Below are positions 13,401 through 27,224 of a stretch of 64,000 nucleotides of DNA, piece after piece; the first letter of the stretch is position 1, and each line of letters begins with the position of its first letter. Source of the stretch: Eledone cirrhosa (Eukaryota). The stretch covers positions 360,530,001 to 360,594,000 of the forward strand of contig OZ024742.1 of NCBI GenBank assembly GCA_964016885.1, read 5' to 3'. The position numbers were made by a program, and so were the translations under genes. The notes beneath the pieces were generated by a model. The model saw nothing but the letters and a program-made list of their open reading frames with translations. It did no database searches and had not been told where the DNA came from.

Positions 13401-16400
13401 CTAGAGAGAGGGGGAAGAAGAGATAGTTCTCGAGAGGGAAGAAGAGATAGTTCTAGAGAGAGGGGTAAAAGTGATAGTTCTAGAGAGAGGGGGGAAGTAG
13501 ATATAGTTCTAGAAAGAGGGGAAGAAGAGATAGTTCTAGAGAGAGGGGGAAGAAGAGATAATTCTAGAGAGAGGGGGAAGAAGAGATAGTTCTAGAGAGA
13601 GGGGGAACAAGAGATAGTTCTAGAGAGAGGGGGAAGTAGATATAGTTCCAGAGACAGAGGGGGAAAAGAAATAATTCTAAAGAGAGGGGGGGGAAGAAAT
13701 AATTCTAAAGAGAGGGGGGAAGAAGAGATAGTTGTAGAGAGAGGGGTGAAGAAGAGATAGTTCTAGAGAGAGGGGGGAAGAAGAGATAGTTCTAGAGAGA
13801 AGAAGAGATAGTTCTAGAGAGAGGGGTGAAGAAGAGATAGTTCTAGAGAGGGGGGTAGAAGAGATAGTTCTAGAGAGAGGGGGGGAAGAAGAGATAGTTC
13901 TATTGAGTGAGGGGAGAAGAGAGTGTTATAGAGAAAGAGGGAAGAGATAGTTCTAGAGAGAGGGGGAAGAAGAGATAGTACTAGAGAGATGGGGGTGGGG
14001 AAGAAGAGATAGTTCTAGAGAGAGGGGGAGAAGAGATAGTTCTAGAGAGCGGGGGAAGAAGAGATAGTTCTAGAGAGAGGGGGTAAGAAGAGATAGTTCT
14101 AGAGAGAGGGGGAAGAAGATATAGTTCTAGAGAGAGGGGGGCGGAGAAGATATAGTTCTAGAGAGAGGGGTGTAGAAGAGACAGTTCTAGAGAGAGGAGA
14201 GAAGAAGAGATAGTTCTAGAGAGAGGGGGAAGAAGAGATAGCTCTAGAGAAAGCAGGATAGAAGAGATAGTTCTAGAGAGATGGGGTGAAGAAGAGATAG
14301 TTCTAGAGAGGGGGCTAGAAGAGATAGTTCTAGAGAGAGTGGGAAGAAGAGATAGTTCTAGAGAGAGGGGGGAAGAAGAGATAGTTCTATTGAGTGAGGG
14401 AAGAAGAGAGTGTTCTAGAGAAAGAGGGAAGAAGAGATAGTTCTAGAGAGAGGGGGGAAGAAGAGAAAGTTCTAGAGAGAGGGAGGAAGAAGAGATAGTT
14501 CTAGGTGGAACGGGAAGGAGACATAGTTCTAGAGGGAGGGGGAGGGAGTAGAGATAGTTCTAGATAGAGGAGGAACAAGAGATAGTTCTAGAGAGAGGGG
14601 GGATGTAGATATAGTTCCAGAGAGAGAGGGTAAAAGAGATAATTCTAGAGAGAGGGGGAAGAAGAGATCGTTCTAGAGAGAGGGGAAAGAAGAGATAGTT
14701 CTAGAGAGAGGGGGAAAAGAGATAGTTCTAGAGAGAGGCGGAAGAAGAGATAGTTCTAGAGAGAGGGGGAAAAGAGTTAGTTCTAGAGAGAGGGGGAAGA
14801 AGAGATAGTTCTAGAGAGAGGGGGGGGAGAAGAGAGAGTTCTAGAGAGAGGGGGAGAAGAAGAGATAGTTCTAGAGAGGGGGGAATAAGAGATAGTTCTA
14901 TAGAGGGGGGTAAGAAGAGATAGTTCTAGAGAGAGGGGGAAAAGAGTTAGTTCTAGAGAGAGGGGGGAAGTAGATATAGTTCTAGAGAGAGGGGGAGGAA
15001 GAGATAATTCTAGAGAGAGGGGGGAAGTAGATATAGTTCCAGAATGAGAGGGGGAAAGAAATAGTTCTAGAGAGAGGGGGGAAGAAGAGATAGTTCTAGA
15101 GAGAGGGGGAAGAAGAGATAGTTCTAGAGAGAGGGGGAAAAGAGATAGTTCTAGAGAGAGGGGTAAAAGTGATAGTTCTAGAGAGAGGGGGTAAGAAGAG
15201 ATAGTTCTAGAGAGAGGGGGAAGAAGATATAGTTCTAGAGAGAGGGGGGCGGAGAAGATATAGTTCTAGAGAGAGGGGTGTAGAAGAGACAGTTCTAGAG
15301 AGAGGAGAGAAGAAGAGATAGTTCTAGAGAGAGGGGGAAGAAGAGATAGCTCTAGAGAGAGCGGGATAGAAGAGATAGTTCTAGAGAGATGCGGTGAAGA
15401 ATTGATAGTTCTAGAGAGAGGGGTAAAAGTGATAGTTCTAAAGAGAGGGGGGAAGTAGATATAGTTCTAGAAAGAGGGGAAGAAGAGATAGTTCTAGAGA
15501 GAGGGGGAAGAAGAGATAATTCTAGAGAGAGGGGAAGAAGAGATAGTTCTAGAGAGAGGGGGAACAAGAGATAGTTCTAGAGAGAGGGGGAAGTAGATAT
15601 AGTTCCAGAGACAGAGGGGGAAAAGAAATAATTCTAAAGAGAGGGGGGGAAAAGAAATAATTCTAAAGAGAGGGGGGAAGAAGAGATAGTTGTAGAGAGA
15701 GGGGTGAAGAAGAGATAGTTCTAGAGAGAGGGGGGAAGAAGAGATAGTTCTAGAGAGAAGAAGAGATAGTTCTAGAGAGAGGGGTGAAGAAGAGATAGTT
15801 CTAGAGAGGGGGGTAGAAGAGATAGTTCTAGAGAGAGTGGGAAGAAGAGATAGTTCTAGAGAGAGGGGGGGAAGAAGAGATAGTTCTATTGAGTGAGGGG
15901 AGAAGAGAGTGTTATAGAAAAAGAGGGAAGAGATAGTTCTAGAGAGAGGGGGAAGAAGAGATAGTACTAGAGAGATGGGGGTGGGGAAGAAGAGATAGTT
16001 CTACAGAGAGGGGGAGAAGAGATAGTTCTAGAGAGCGGGGGAAGAAGAGATAGTTCTAGAGAGAGGGGGTAAGAAGAGATAGTTCTAGAGAGAGGGGGAA
16101 GAAGATATAGTTCTAGAGAGAGGGGGGCGGAGAAGATATAGTTCTAGAGAGAGGGGTGTAGAAGAGACAGTTCTAGAGAGAGGAGAGAAGAAGAGATAGT
16201 TCTAGAGAGAGGGGGAAGAAGAGATAGCTCTAGAGAGAGCGGGATAGAAGAGATAGTTCTAGAGAGATGGGGTGAAGAAGAGATAGTTCTAGAGAGGGGG
16301 CTAGAAGAGATAGTTCTAGAGAGAGTGGGAAGAAGAGATAGTTCTAGAGAGAGGGGGGAAGAAGAGATAGTTCTATTGAGTGAGGGAAGAAGAGAGTGTT

Positions 16401-18010
16401 CTAGAGAAAGAGGGAAGAAGAGATAGTTCTAGAGAGAGGGGGGAAGAAGAGAAAGTTCTAGAGAGAGGGAGGAAGAAGAGATAGTTCTAGGTGGAACGGG
16501 AAGGAGACATAGTTCTAGAGGGAGGGGGAGGGAGTAGAGATAGTTCTAGATAGAGGAGGAACAAGAGATAGTTCTAGAGAGAAAGAGAGAAGAAGAGATA
16601 GTTCTAGAGAGAGGGGGGATGTAGATATAGTTCCAGAGAGAGAGGGTAAAAGAGATAATTCTAGAGAGAGGGGGAAGAAGAGATAGTTCTAGAGAGAGGG
16701 GAAAGAAGAGATAGTTCTAGAGAGAGGGGGAAAAGAGATAGTTCTAGAGAGAGGCGGAAGAAGAGATAGTTCTAGAGAGAGGGGGAAAAGAGTTAGTTCT
16801 AGAGAGAGGGGGAAGAAGAGATAGTTCTAGAGAGAGGGGGGAGAAGAGATAGTTCTAGAGAGAGGGGGAGAAGAAGAGATAGTTCTAGAGAGGGGGGAAT
16901 AAGAGATAGTTCTATAGAGGGGGGTAAGAAGAGATAGTTCTAGAGAGAGGGGGAAAAGAGATAGTTCTAGAGAGAGGGGGAAAAGAGTTAGTTCTAGAGA
17001 GAGGGGGGAAGTAGATATAGTTCTAGAGAGAGGGGGAAGAAGAGATAATTCTAGAGAGAGGGGGGAAGTAGATATAGTTCCAGAATGAGAGGGGGAAAGA
17101 AATAGTTCTAGAGAGAGGGGGGAAGAAGAGATAGTTCTAGAGAGAGGGGGAAGAAGAGATAGTTCTAGAGAGAGGGGGAAAAGAGATAGTTCTAGAGAGA
17201 GGGGTAAAAGTGATAGTTCTAGAGAGAGGGGGGAAGTAGATATAGTTCTAGAAAGGGCGGAAGAAGAGATAGTTCTAGAGAGAGGGGGAAGAAGAGATAA
17301 TTCTAGAGAGAGGGGGAAGAAGAGATAGTTCTAGAGAGAGGGGGAACAAGAGATAGTTCTAGAGAGAGAGGGGAAGTAGATATAGTTCCAGAGAGGGGGA
17401 AAAGAAATAATTCTAAAGAGAGGGGGGAAGAAGAGATAGTTGTGGAGAGAGGGGGAAGAGGAGATAGTTCTAGAGAGAGGGGTGAAGAAGAGATAGTTCT
17501 AGAGAGAGGGGGGAAGAAGAGATAGTTCTAGAGAGAAGAAGAGATAGTTCTAGAGAGAGGGGTGAAGAAGAGATAGTTCTAGAGAGGGGGGGAAGTAGAT
17601 ATAGTTCCAGAGACAGAGGGGGAAAAGAAATAATTCTAAAGAGAGGGGGGGAAAAGAAATAATTCTAAAGAGAGGGGGGAAGAAGAGATAGTTGTAGAGA
17701 GAGGGGTGAAGAAGAGATAGTTCTAGAGAGAGGGGGGAAGAAGAGATAGTTCCAGAGAGAAGAAGAGATAGTTCTAGAGAGAGGGGTGAAGAAGAGATAG
17801 TTCTAGAGAGGGGGGTAGAAGAGATAGTTCTAGAGAGAGTGGGAAGAAGAGATAGTTCTAGAGAGAGGGGGGAAGAAGAGATAGTTCTATTGAGTGAGGG
17901 GGAAGAAGAGATAGTACTAGAGAGATGGGGGTGGGGAAGAAGAGATAGTTCTAGAGAGAGGGGGGAGAAGAGATAGTTCTAGAGAGCGGGGGAAGAAGAG
18001 ATAGTTCTAG
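7450..18010 (+). repeat. Nested/overlapping kb-scale duplications (offsets ~2.47, ~2.87-2.90 and ~4.86-4.89 kb)
   Basis: GTGGAACGGG at 7719/10189 and 11632/14505/16491. Near-identical spurious ORFs at 8020/10491/13392. TTGTGGAGAG at ~12551/17440. GGGCTAGAAG at ~11440/14312/16298. Confidence 0.8.
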
Positions 18011-18336
18011 AGAGAGGGGGAAGAGGAGATAGTTCTAGAGAGAGGGGTGAAGAAGAGATAGTTCTAGAGAGAGGGGGGAAGGAGAGATAGTTCTAGAGAG
18101 AAGAAGAGATAGTTCTAGAGAGAGGGGTGAAGAAGAGATAGTTCTAGAGAGGGGTGTAGAAGAGATAGTTCTATTGAGTGAGGGGAGAAGAGAGTGTTCT
18201 AGAGAAAGAGGGAAGAGATAGTTCTAGAGAGAGGGGGAAGAAGAGATAGTACTAGAGAGATGGGGGTGGGGAAGAAGAGATAGTTCTAGAGAGAGGGGGG
18301 AGAAAAGATAGTTCTAGAGAGCGGGGGAAGAAAAGA

Positions 18337-21300
18337 TAGTTCTAGAGAGAGGGGGTAAGAAGAGATAGTTCTAGAGAGAGGGGGAAGAAGATATAGTTCT
18401 AGTGAGAGGGGGGCGGAGAAGATATAGTTCTAGAGAGAGGGGTGTAGAAGAGACAGTTCTAGAGAGAGGAGAGAAGAAGAGATAGTTCTAGAGAGAGAGT
18501 GAAGAAGAGATAGTTCTAGAGAGAACGGGATAGAAGAGATAGTTCTAGAAATATGGGGAAGAAGAGATAGTACTAGAGAGATGGGGGTGGGGAAGAAGAG
18601 ATAGTTCTAGAGAGAGTGGGGCGGAGAAGATATAGTTCTAGAGAGAGGGGTGTAGAAAAGACAGTTCAAGAGAGAGGAAAGAAGAAGAGATAGTTCTAGA
18701 GAGAGGGGGAAGAAGAGATATTACTAGAGAGATGGGGGTGGGGAAGAAGAGATAGTTCTAGAGAGAGGGGGGAGAAGAGATAGTTCTAGAGAGCGGGGGA
18801 AGAAGAGATAGTTCTAGAGAGAGGGGGTAAGAAGAGATAGTTCTAGAGAGAGGGGGAAGAAGATATAGTTCTAGAGAGAGGGAGGCGGAGAAGATATAGT
18901 TCTAGAGAGAGGGGTGTAGAAGAGACAGTTCTAGCGAGAGGAGAGAAGAAGAGATAGTTCTAGAGAGAGGGGGAAGAAGAGATAGTTCTAGAGAGAGCGG
19001 GATAGAAGAGATAGTTCTAGAGAGATGGGGTGAAGGAGAGATAGTTCTAGAGAGGGGGGTAGAAGAGATAGTTCTAGAGAGAGTGGGAAGAAGAGATAGT
19101 TTAGAGAGAGGGGGGAAGAAGACATAGTTCTAGAGGGAGGGGGAGGGAGTAGAGATAGTTCTAGAGAGAGGAGGAACAAGAGATAGTTCTAGAGAGAAAG
19201 AGAGAAGAAGAGATAGTTCTAGAGAGAGGGGGGATGTAGATATAGTTCCAGAGAGAGAGGTTAAAAGAGATAATTCTAGAGAGAGGGGGAAGAAGAGATA
19301 TTTCTAGAGAGAGGGGAAAGAAGAGATAGTTCTAGAGAGAGGGGAAAAGAGATAGTTCTAGAGAGAGGCGGAAGAAGAGATAGTTCTAGAGAGAGGGGGA
19401 AAAGAGTTAGTTCTAGAGAGAGGGGGGTGAAGAGATAGTTCTAGAGAGAGGGGGGGAAGAAGAGATAGTTCTAGAGAGAGGGGGAAGAAGAGATAGTTCT
19501 AGGGAGAGGGGGAAGAAGAGATAGTTCTAGAGAGAGGGGGGAGAAGAGATAGTTCTAGAGAGAGGGGGAGAAGAAGAGATAGTTCTAGAGAGGGGGGAAT
19601 AAGAGATAGTTCTATAGAGGTGGGTAAGAAGAGATAGTTCTAGAGAGAGGGGGAAAAGAGATAGTTCTAGAGAGAGGCGGAAGAAGAGATAGTTCTAGAG
19701 AGAGGGGGAAAAGAGTTAGTTCTAGAGAGAGGGGGGAAGTAGATATAGTCCTAGAGAGAGGGGGAAGAAGAGATTATTCTAGAGAGAGGGGGGAAGTAGA
19801 TATATTTCCAGAATGAGAGGGGGAAAGAAATAGTTCTAGAGAGAGGGGGGAAGAAGAGATAGTTCTAGAGAGAGGCGGAAGAAGAGATAGTTCTAGAGAG
19901 AGGGGGAAAAGAGATAGTTCTAGAGAGAGGGGGAAGAAGTGATAGTTCTAGAGAGAGGGGGAAGAAGAGATAGTTCTAGAGAGAGAGGGAAGAAGAGATA
20001 GTTCTAGAGAGAGGGGTAAAAGTGATAGTTCTAGAGAGAGTGGGGAAGTAGATATAGTTCTAGAAAGGGCGGAAGAAGAGATAGTTCTAGAGACAGGGGG
20101 AAGAAGAGATAATTCTAGAGAGAGGGGGAAGAAGAGATAGTTCTAGAGAGAGGGGGAACAAGAGACAGTTCTAGAGAGAGAGGGGAAGTAGATATAGTTC
20201 CAGAGAGAGAGGGGAAAAAAAAATAATTCTAAAGAGAGGGGGGAAGAAGAGATAGTTGTAGAGAGAGGGGGAAGAAGAGATAATTCTAGAGAGAGGGGTG
20301 AAGAAGAGATAGTTCTAGAGAGAGGGGTGAAGAAGAGATAGTTCTAGAGAGGGGGTTAGAAGAGATAGTTCTAGAGAGAGTGGGAAGAAGAGATAGTTCT
20401 AGAGAGAGGGGGGGAAGAAGAGATAGTTCTATTGTGTGAGGGGAGAAGAGAGCGTTCTAGAGAAAGAGGGAAGAGATAGTTCTAGAGAGAGGCGGAAGAA
20501 GAGATAGTACTAGAGAGATGGGGGTGGGGAAGAAGAGATAGTTCTAAAGAGAGGGGGGAGAAGTGATAGTTCTAGAGAGCGGGGGAAGAAGAGATAGTTC
20601 TAGAGAGATGGGGTAAGAAGAGATAGTTCTATTGAAAGAGGGGAGAAGAGAGTGTTCTAGAGAGAGGGGGGCGGAGAAGATATAGTTCTAGAGAGAGGGG
20701 TGTAGAAGAGACAGTTCTAGAGAGAGGAGAGAAGAAGAGATAGTTCTAGAGAGAGGGGGAAGAAGGGATAGTTCTAGAGAGAGCGGTATAGAAGAGATAG
20801 TTCTAGAGAGATGGCGAAGAAGAGATAGTACTAGAGAGATGGGGGTGGGGAAGAAGAGATAGTTCTAGAGAGAGGGGGCGGAGAAGATATAGTTCTAGAG
20901 AGAGGGGTGTAGAAAAGACAGTTCAAGAGAGAGGAGAGAAGAAGAGATAGTTCTAGAGAGAGGGGGAAGAAGAGATAGTTCTATAGAGAGGGGGAAGAAG
21001 AGATAGTTCTAGAGAGAGGGTGGAAGAAGAGATAATTCTAGAGATAGGGGGAAGAAGAGATAGTTCTAGAGAGACGGGGAAGAAGAGATAGTTCTAGAGA
21101 GAGGGGGGAAGAAGAGCTAGTTCTAGAGAGAGGGGGAAGAAGAGATAGTTCTAGGGAGAGGGGGAAGAAGAGGTAGTTCTAGAGAGAGGGGAGAAGAAGA
21201 GATAGTTCTAGATGGAACGGAAAGGAGACATAGTTCTAGAGGGAGGTGGAGGGAGTAGAGATAGTTCTAGAGAGAAAGAGAGAAGAAGAGATAGTTCTAG

Positions 21301-24300
21301 AGAGATGGGGGATCTAGATATAGTTCCAGAGAGAGAGGGTAAAAGAGATAATTCTAGAGAGGGGGGGAAGTAGAGATTGTTCTAGAGAGAGGGGAAAGAA
21401 GAGATAGTTCTAGAGAGAGGGGGAAAAGAGATAGTTCTAGAGAGAGGCGGAAGAATAGATAGTTCTAGAGAGAGGGGGAAAAGAGTTAGTTCTAGAGAGA
21501 GGGGGAAGAAGAGATAGTTCTAGAGAGAGAAGGAAGAAGAGATAGTTCTAGAGAGAGGGGGAAGAAGAGATAGTTCTAGAGAGAGGGGGGAGAAGAGATA
21601 GTTCTAGAGAGAGGGGGAGAAGAAGAGATAGTTCTAGAGAGGGGGGAATTAGAGGTAGTTCTATAGAGGGGGGTAAAAGAGATAGTTCTAGAGAGAGGGG
21701 GAAGTAGATATAGTTCTAGAGAGAGGGGGAAGAAGAGATAATTCTAGAGAGAGGGGGAAGAAGAGATAGTACTAGAGAGATGGGGTGGGGAAGAAGAGAT
21801 AGTTCTAGAGAGAGTGGGGCGGAGAAGATATAGTTCTAGAGAGAGGGGTGTAGAAAAGACAGTTCAAGAGAGAGGAAAGAAGATGAGATAGTTCTAGAGA
21901 GAGGGGGAAGAAGATATAGTTCTAGAGAGAGGGAGGCGGAGAAGATATAGTTCTAGAGAGAGGGGTGTAGAAGAGACAGTTCTAGAGAGAGGAGCGAAGA
22001 AGAGATAGTTCTAGAGAGAGGGGGAAGAAGAGATAGTTCTAGAGAGAGCGGGATAGAAGAGATAGTTCTAGAGAGATGGGGTGAAGGAGAGATAGTTCTA
22101 GAGAGGGAGGTAGAAGAGATAGTTCTAGAGAGAGTGGGAAGAAGAGAGAGTTTAGAGAGAGGGGGGAAGAAGACATAGTTCTAGAGGGAGGGGGAGGGAG
22201 TAGAGATAGTTCTAGAGAGAGGAGGAACAAGAGATAGTTCTAGAGAGAAAGAGAGAAGAAGAGATAGTTCTAGAGAGAGGGGGGATGTAGATATAGTTCC
22301 AGAGAGAGAGGGTAAAAGAGATAATTCTAGAGAGAGGGGGAAGAAGAGATAGTTCTAGAGAGAGGGGAAAGAAGAGATAGTTCTAGAGAGAGGGGGAAAA
22401 GAGATAGTTCTAGAGAGAGGCGGAAGAAGAGATAGTTCTAGAGAGAGGAGGAAGAAGAGATAGTTCTAGGGAGAGGGGGAAGAAGAGATAGTTCTAGAGA
22501 GAGGAGGGAGAAGAGATAGTTCTAGAGAGAGGGGGAGAAGAAGAGATAGTTCTAGAGAGGGGGGAATAAGAGATAGTTCTATAGAGGTGGGTAAGAAGAG
22601 ATAGTTCTAGAGAGAGGCGGAAGAAGAGATAGTTCTAGAGAGAGGGGGAAAAGAGTTAGTTCTAGAGAGAGGGGGGAAGTAGATATAGTTCTAGAGAGAG
22701 GGGGAAGAAGAGATTATTCTAGAGAGAGGGGGGAAGTAGATATAGTTCCAGAATGAGAGGGGGAAAGAAATAGTTCTAGAGAGAGGGGGTAAGAAGAGAT
22801 AGTTCTAGAGAGAGGGGGAAGAAGATATAGTTCTAGTGAGAGGGGGGCGGAGAAGATATAGTTCTAGAGAGAGGGGTGTAGAAGAGACAGTTCTAGAGAG
22901 AGGAGAGAAGAAGAGATAGTTCTAGAGAGAGAGTGAAGAAGAGATAGTTCTAGAGAGAACGGGATAGAAGAGATAGTTCTAGAAATATGGGGAAGAAGAG
23001 ATAGTACTAGAGAGATGGGGGTGGGGAAGAAGAGATAGTTCTAGAGAGAGTGGGGCGGAGAAGATATAGTTCTAGAGAGAGGGGTGTAGAAAAGACAGTT
23101 CAAGAGAGAGGAAAGAAGAAGAGATAGTTCTAGAGAGAGGGGGAAGAAAAGATATTACTAGAGAGATGGGGGTGGGGAAGAAGAGATAGTTCTAGAGAGA
23201 GGGGGGAGAAGAGATAGTTCTAGAGAGCGGGGGAAGAAGAGATAGTTCTAGAGAGAGGGGGTAAGAAGAGATAGTTCTAGAGAGAGGGGGAAGAAGATAT
23301 AGTTCTAGAGAGAGGGAGGCGGAGAAGATATAGTTCTAGAGAGAGGGGTGTAGAAGAGACAGTTCTAGCGAGAGGAGAGAAGAAGAGATAGTTCTAGAGA
23401 GAGGGGGAAGAAGAGATAGTTCTAGAGAGAGCGGGATAGAAGAGATAGTTCTAGAGAGATGGGGTGAAGGAGAGATAGTTCTAGAGAGGGGGGTAGAAGA
23501 GATAGTTCTAGAGAGAGTGGGAAGAAGAGATAGTTTAGAGAGAGGGGGGAAGAAGACATAGTTCTAGAGGGAGGGGGAGGGAGTAGAGATAGTTCTAGAG
23601 AGAGGAGGAACAAGAGATAGTTCTAGAGAGAAAGAGAGAAGAAGAGATAGTTCTAGAGAGAGGGGGGATGTAGATATAGTTCCAGAGAGAGAGGGTAAAA
23701 GAGATAATTCTAGAGAGAGGGGGAAGAAGAGATATTTCTAGAGAGAGGGGAAAGAAGAGATAGTTCTAGAGAGAGGGGGAAAAGAGATAGTTCTAGAGAG
23801 AGGCGGAAGAAGAGATAGTTCTAGAGAGAGGGGGAAAAGAGTTAGTTCTAGAGAGAGGGGGGTGAAGAGATAGTTCTAGAGAGAGGGGGGGAAGAAGAGA
23901 TAGTTCTAGAGAGAGGGGGAAGAAGAGATAGTTCTAGGGAGAGGGGGAAGAAGAGATAGTTCTAGAGAGAGGGGGGAGAAGAGATAGTTCTAGAGAGAGG
24001 GGGAGAAGAAGAGATAGTTCTAGAGAGGGGGGAATAAGAGATAGTTCTATAGAGGTGGGTAAGAAGAGATAGTTCTAGAGAGAGGGGGAAAAGAGATAGT
24101 TCTAGAGAGAGGCGGAAGAAGAGATAGTTCTAGAGAGAGGGGGAAAAGAGTTAGTTCTAGAGAGAGGGGGGAAGTAGATATAGTCCTAGAGAGAGGGGGA
24201 AGAAGAGATTATTCTAGAGAGAGGGGGGAAGTAGATATATTTCCAGAATGAGAGGGGGAATGAAATAGTTCTAGAGAGAGGGGGGAAGAAGAGATAGTTC

Positions 24301-27224
24301 TAGAGAGAGGCGGAAGAAGAGATAGTTCTAGAGAGAGGGGGAAAAGAGATAGTTCTAGAGAGAGGGGGAAGAAGTGATAGTTCTAGAGAGAGGGGGAAGA
24401 AGAGATAGTTCTAGAGAGAGAGGGAAGAAGAGATAGTTCTAGAGAGAGGGGTAAAAGTGATAGTTCTAGAGAGAGGGGGGAAGTAGATATAGTTCTAGAA
24501 AGGGCGGAAGAAGAGATAGTTCTAGAGAGAGGGGGAAGAAGAGATAATTCTAGAGAGAGGGGGAAGAAGAGATAGTTCTAGAGAGAGGGGGAACAAGAGA
24601 TAGTTCTAGAGAGAGAGGGGAAGTAGATATAGTTCCAGAGAGAGAGGGGGAAAAAAAATAATTCTAAAGAGAGGGGGGAAGAAGAGATAGTTGTAGAGAG
24701 AGGGGGAAGAGGAGATAATTCTAGAGAGAGGGGTGAAGAAGAGATAGTTCTAGAGAGAGGGGTGAAGAAGAGATAGTTCTAGAGAGGGGGTTAGAAGAGA
24801 TAGTTCTAGAGAGAGTGGGAAGAAGAGATAGTTCTAGAGAGAGGGGGGGAAGAAGAGATAGTTCTATTGTGTGAGGGGAGAAGAGAGCGTTCTAGAGAAA
24901 GAGGGAAGAGATAGTTCTAGAGAGAGGCGGAAGAAGAGATAGTACTAGAGAGATGGGGGTGGGGAAGAAGAGATAGTTCTAAAGAGAGGGGGGAGAAGTG
25001 ATAGTTCTAGAGAGCGGGGGAAGAAGAGATAGTTCTAGAGAGATGGGGTAAGAAGAGATAGTTCTATTGAAAGAGGGGAGAAGAGAGTGTTCTAGAGAGA
25101 GGGGGGCGGAGAAGATATAGTTCTAGAGAGAGGGGTGTAGAAGAGACAGTTCTAGAGAGAGGAGAGAAGAAGAGATAGTTCTAGAGAGAGGGGGAAGAAG
25201 GGATAGTTCTAGAGAGAGCGGTATAGAAGAGATAGTTCTAGAGAGATGGCGAAGAAGAGATAGTACTAGAGAGATGGGGGTGGGGAAGAAGAGATAGTTC
25301 TAGAGAGAGGGGGCGGAGAAGATATAGTTCTAGAGAGAGGGGTGTAGAAAAGACAGTTCAAGAGAGAGGAGAGAAGAAGAGATAGTTCTAGAGAGAGGGG
25401 GAAGAAGAGATAGTTCTATAGAGAGGGGGAAGAAGAGATAGTTCTAGAGAGAGGGTGGAAGAAGAGATAATTCTAGAGATAGGGGGAAGAAGAGATAGTT
25501 CTAGAGAGACGGGGAAGAAGAGATAGTTCTAGAGAGAGGGGGGAAGAAGAGCTAGTTCTAGAGAGAGGGGGAAGAAGAGATAGTTCTAGGGAGAGGGGGA
25601 AGAAGAGGTAGTTCTAGAGAGAGGGGAGAAGAAGAGATAGTTCTAGATGGAACGGAAAGGAGACATAGTTCTAGAGGGAGGTGGAGGGAGTAGAGATAGT
25701 TCTAGAGAGAAAGAGAGAAGAAGAGATAGTTCTAGAGAGATGGGGGATCTAGATATAGTTCCAGAGAGAGAGGGTAAAAGAGATAATTCTAGAGAGGGGG
25801 GGAAGTAGAGATTGTTCTAGAGAGAGGGGAAAGAAGAGATAGTTCTAGAGAGAGGGGGAAAAGAGATAGTTCTAGAGAGAGGCGGAAGAATAGATAGTTC
25901 TAGAGAGAGGGGGAAAAGAGTTAGTTCTAGAGAGAGGGGGAAGAAGAGATAGTTCTAGAGAGAGAAGGAAGAAGAGATAGTTCTAGAGAGAGGGGGAAGA
26001 AGAGATAGTTCTAGAGAGAGGGGGGAGAAGAGATAGTTCTAGAGAGAGGGGGAGAAGAAGAGATAGTTCTAGAGAGGGGGGAATTAGAGGTAGTTCTATA
26101 GAGGGGGGTAAAAGAGATAGTTCTAGAGAGAGGGGGAAGTAGATATAGTTCTAGAGAGAGGGGGAAGAAGAGATAATTCTAGAGAGAGGGGGAAGAAGAG
26201 ATAGTACTAGAGAGATGGGGGTGGGGAAGAAGAGATAGTTCTAGAGAGAGTGGGGCGGAGAAGATATAGTTCTAGAGAGAGGGGTGTAGAAAAGACAGTT
26301 CAAGAGAGAGGAAAGAAGAAGAGATAGTTCTAGAGAGAGGGGGAAGAAGATATAGTTCTAGAGAGAGGGAGGCGGAGAAGATATAGTTCTAGAGAGAGGG
26401 GTGTAGAAGAGACAGTTCTAGAGAGAGGAGCGAAGAAGAGATAGTTCTAGAGAGAGGGGGAAGAAGAGATAGTTCTAGAGAGAGCGGGATAGAAGAGATA
26501 GTTCTAGAGAGATGGGGTGAAGGAGAGATAGTTCTAGAGAGGGAGGTAGAAGAGATAGTTCTAGAGAGAGTGGGAAGAAGAGAGAGTTTAGAGAGAGGGG
26601 GGAAGAAGACATAGTTCTAGAGGGAGGGGGAGGGAGTAGAGATAGTTCTAGAGAGAGGAGGAACAAGAGATAGTTCTAGGGAGAAAGAGAGAAGAAGAGA
26701 TAGTTCTAGAGAGAGGGGGGATGTAGATATAGTTCCAGAGAGAGAGGGTAAAAGAGATAATTCTAGAGAGAGGGGGAAGAAGAGATAGTTCTAGAGAGAG
26801 GGGAAAGAAGAGATAGTTCTAGAGAGAGGGGGAAAAGAGATAGTTCTAGAGAGAGGCGGAAGAAGAGATAGTTCTAGAGAGAGGAGGAAGAAGAGATAGT
26901 TCTAGGGAGAGGGGGAAGAAGAGATAGTTCTAGAGAGAGGAGGGAGAAGAGATAGTTCTAGAGAGAGGGGGAGAAGAAGAGATAGTTCTAGAGAGGGGGG
27001 AATAAGAGATAGTTCTATAGAGGTGGGTAAGAAGAGATAGTTCTAGAGAGAGGCGGAAGAAGAGATAGTTCTAGAGAGAGGGGGAAAAGAGTTAGTTCTA
27101 GAGAGAGGGGGGAAGTAGATATAGTTCTAGAGAGAGGGGGAAGAAGAGATTATTCTAGAGAGAGGGGGGAAGTAGATATAGTTCCAGAATGAGAGGGGGA
27201 AAGAAATAGTTCTAGAGAGAGGGG
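18337..27224 (+). repeat. Higher-order repeat, 2 near-identical tandem copies of ~4,435 bp, followed by a more diverged partial copy to ~29,100
   Basis: Identical ORF translations at 18988/23422 and 22039/26475. AGTGAG variant at 18401/22835. ATGGAACGGAAAGG at 21212/25647, with a related copy at 28505. Confidence 0.93.
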
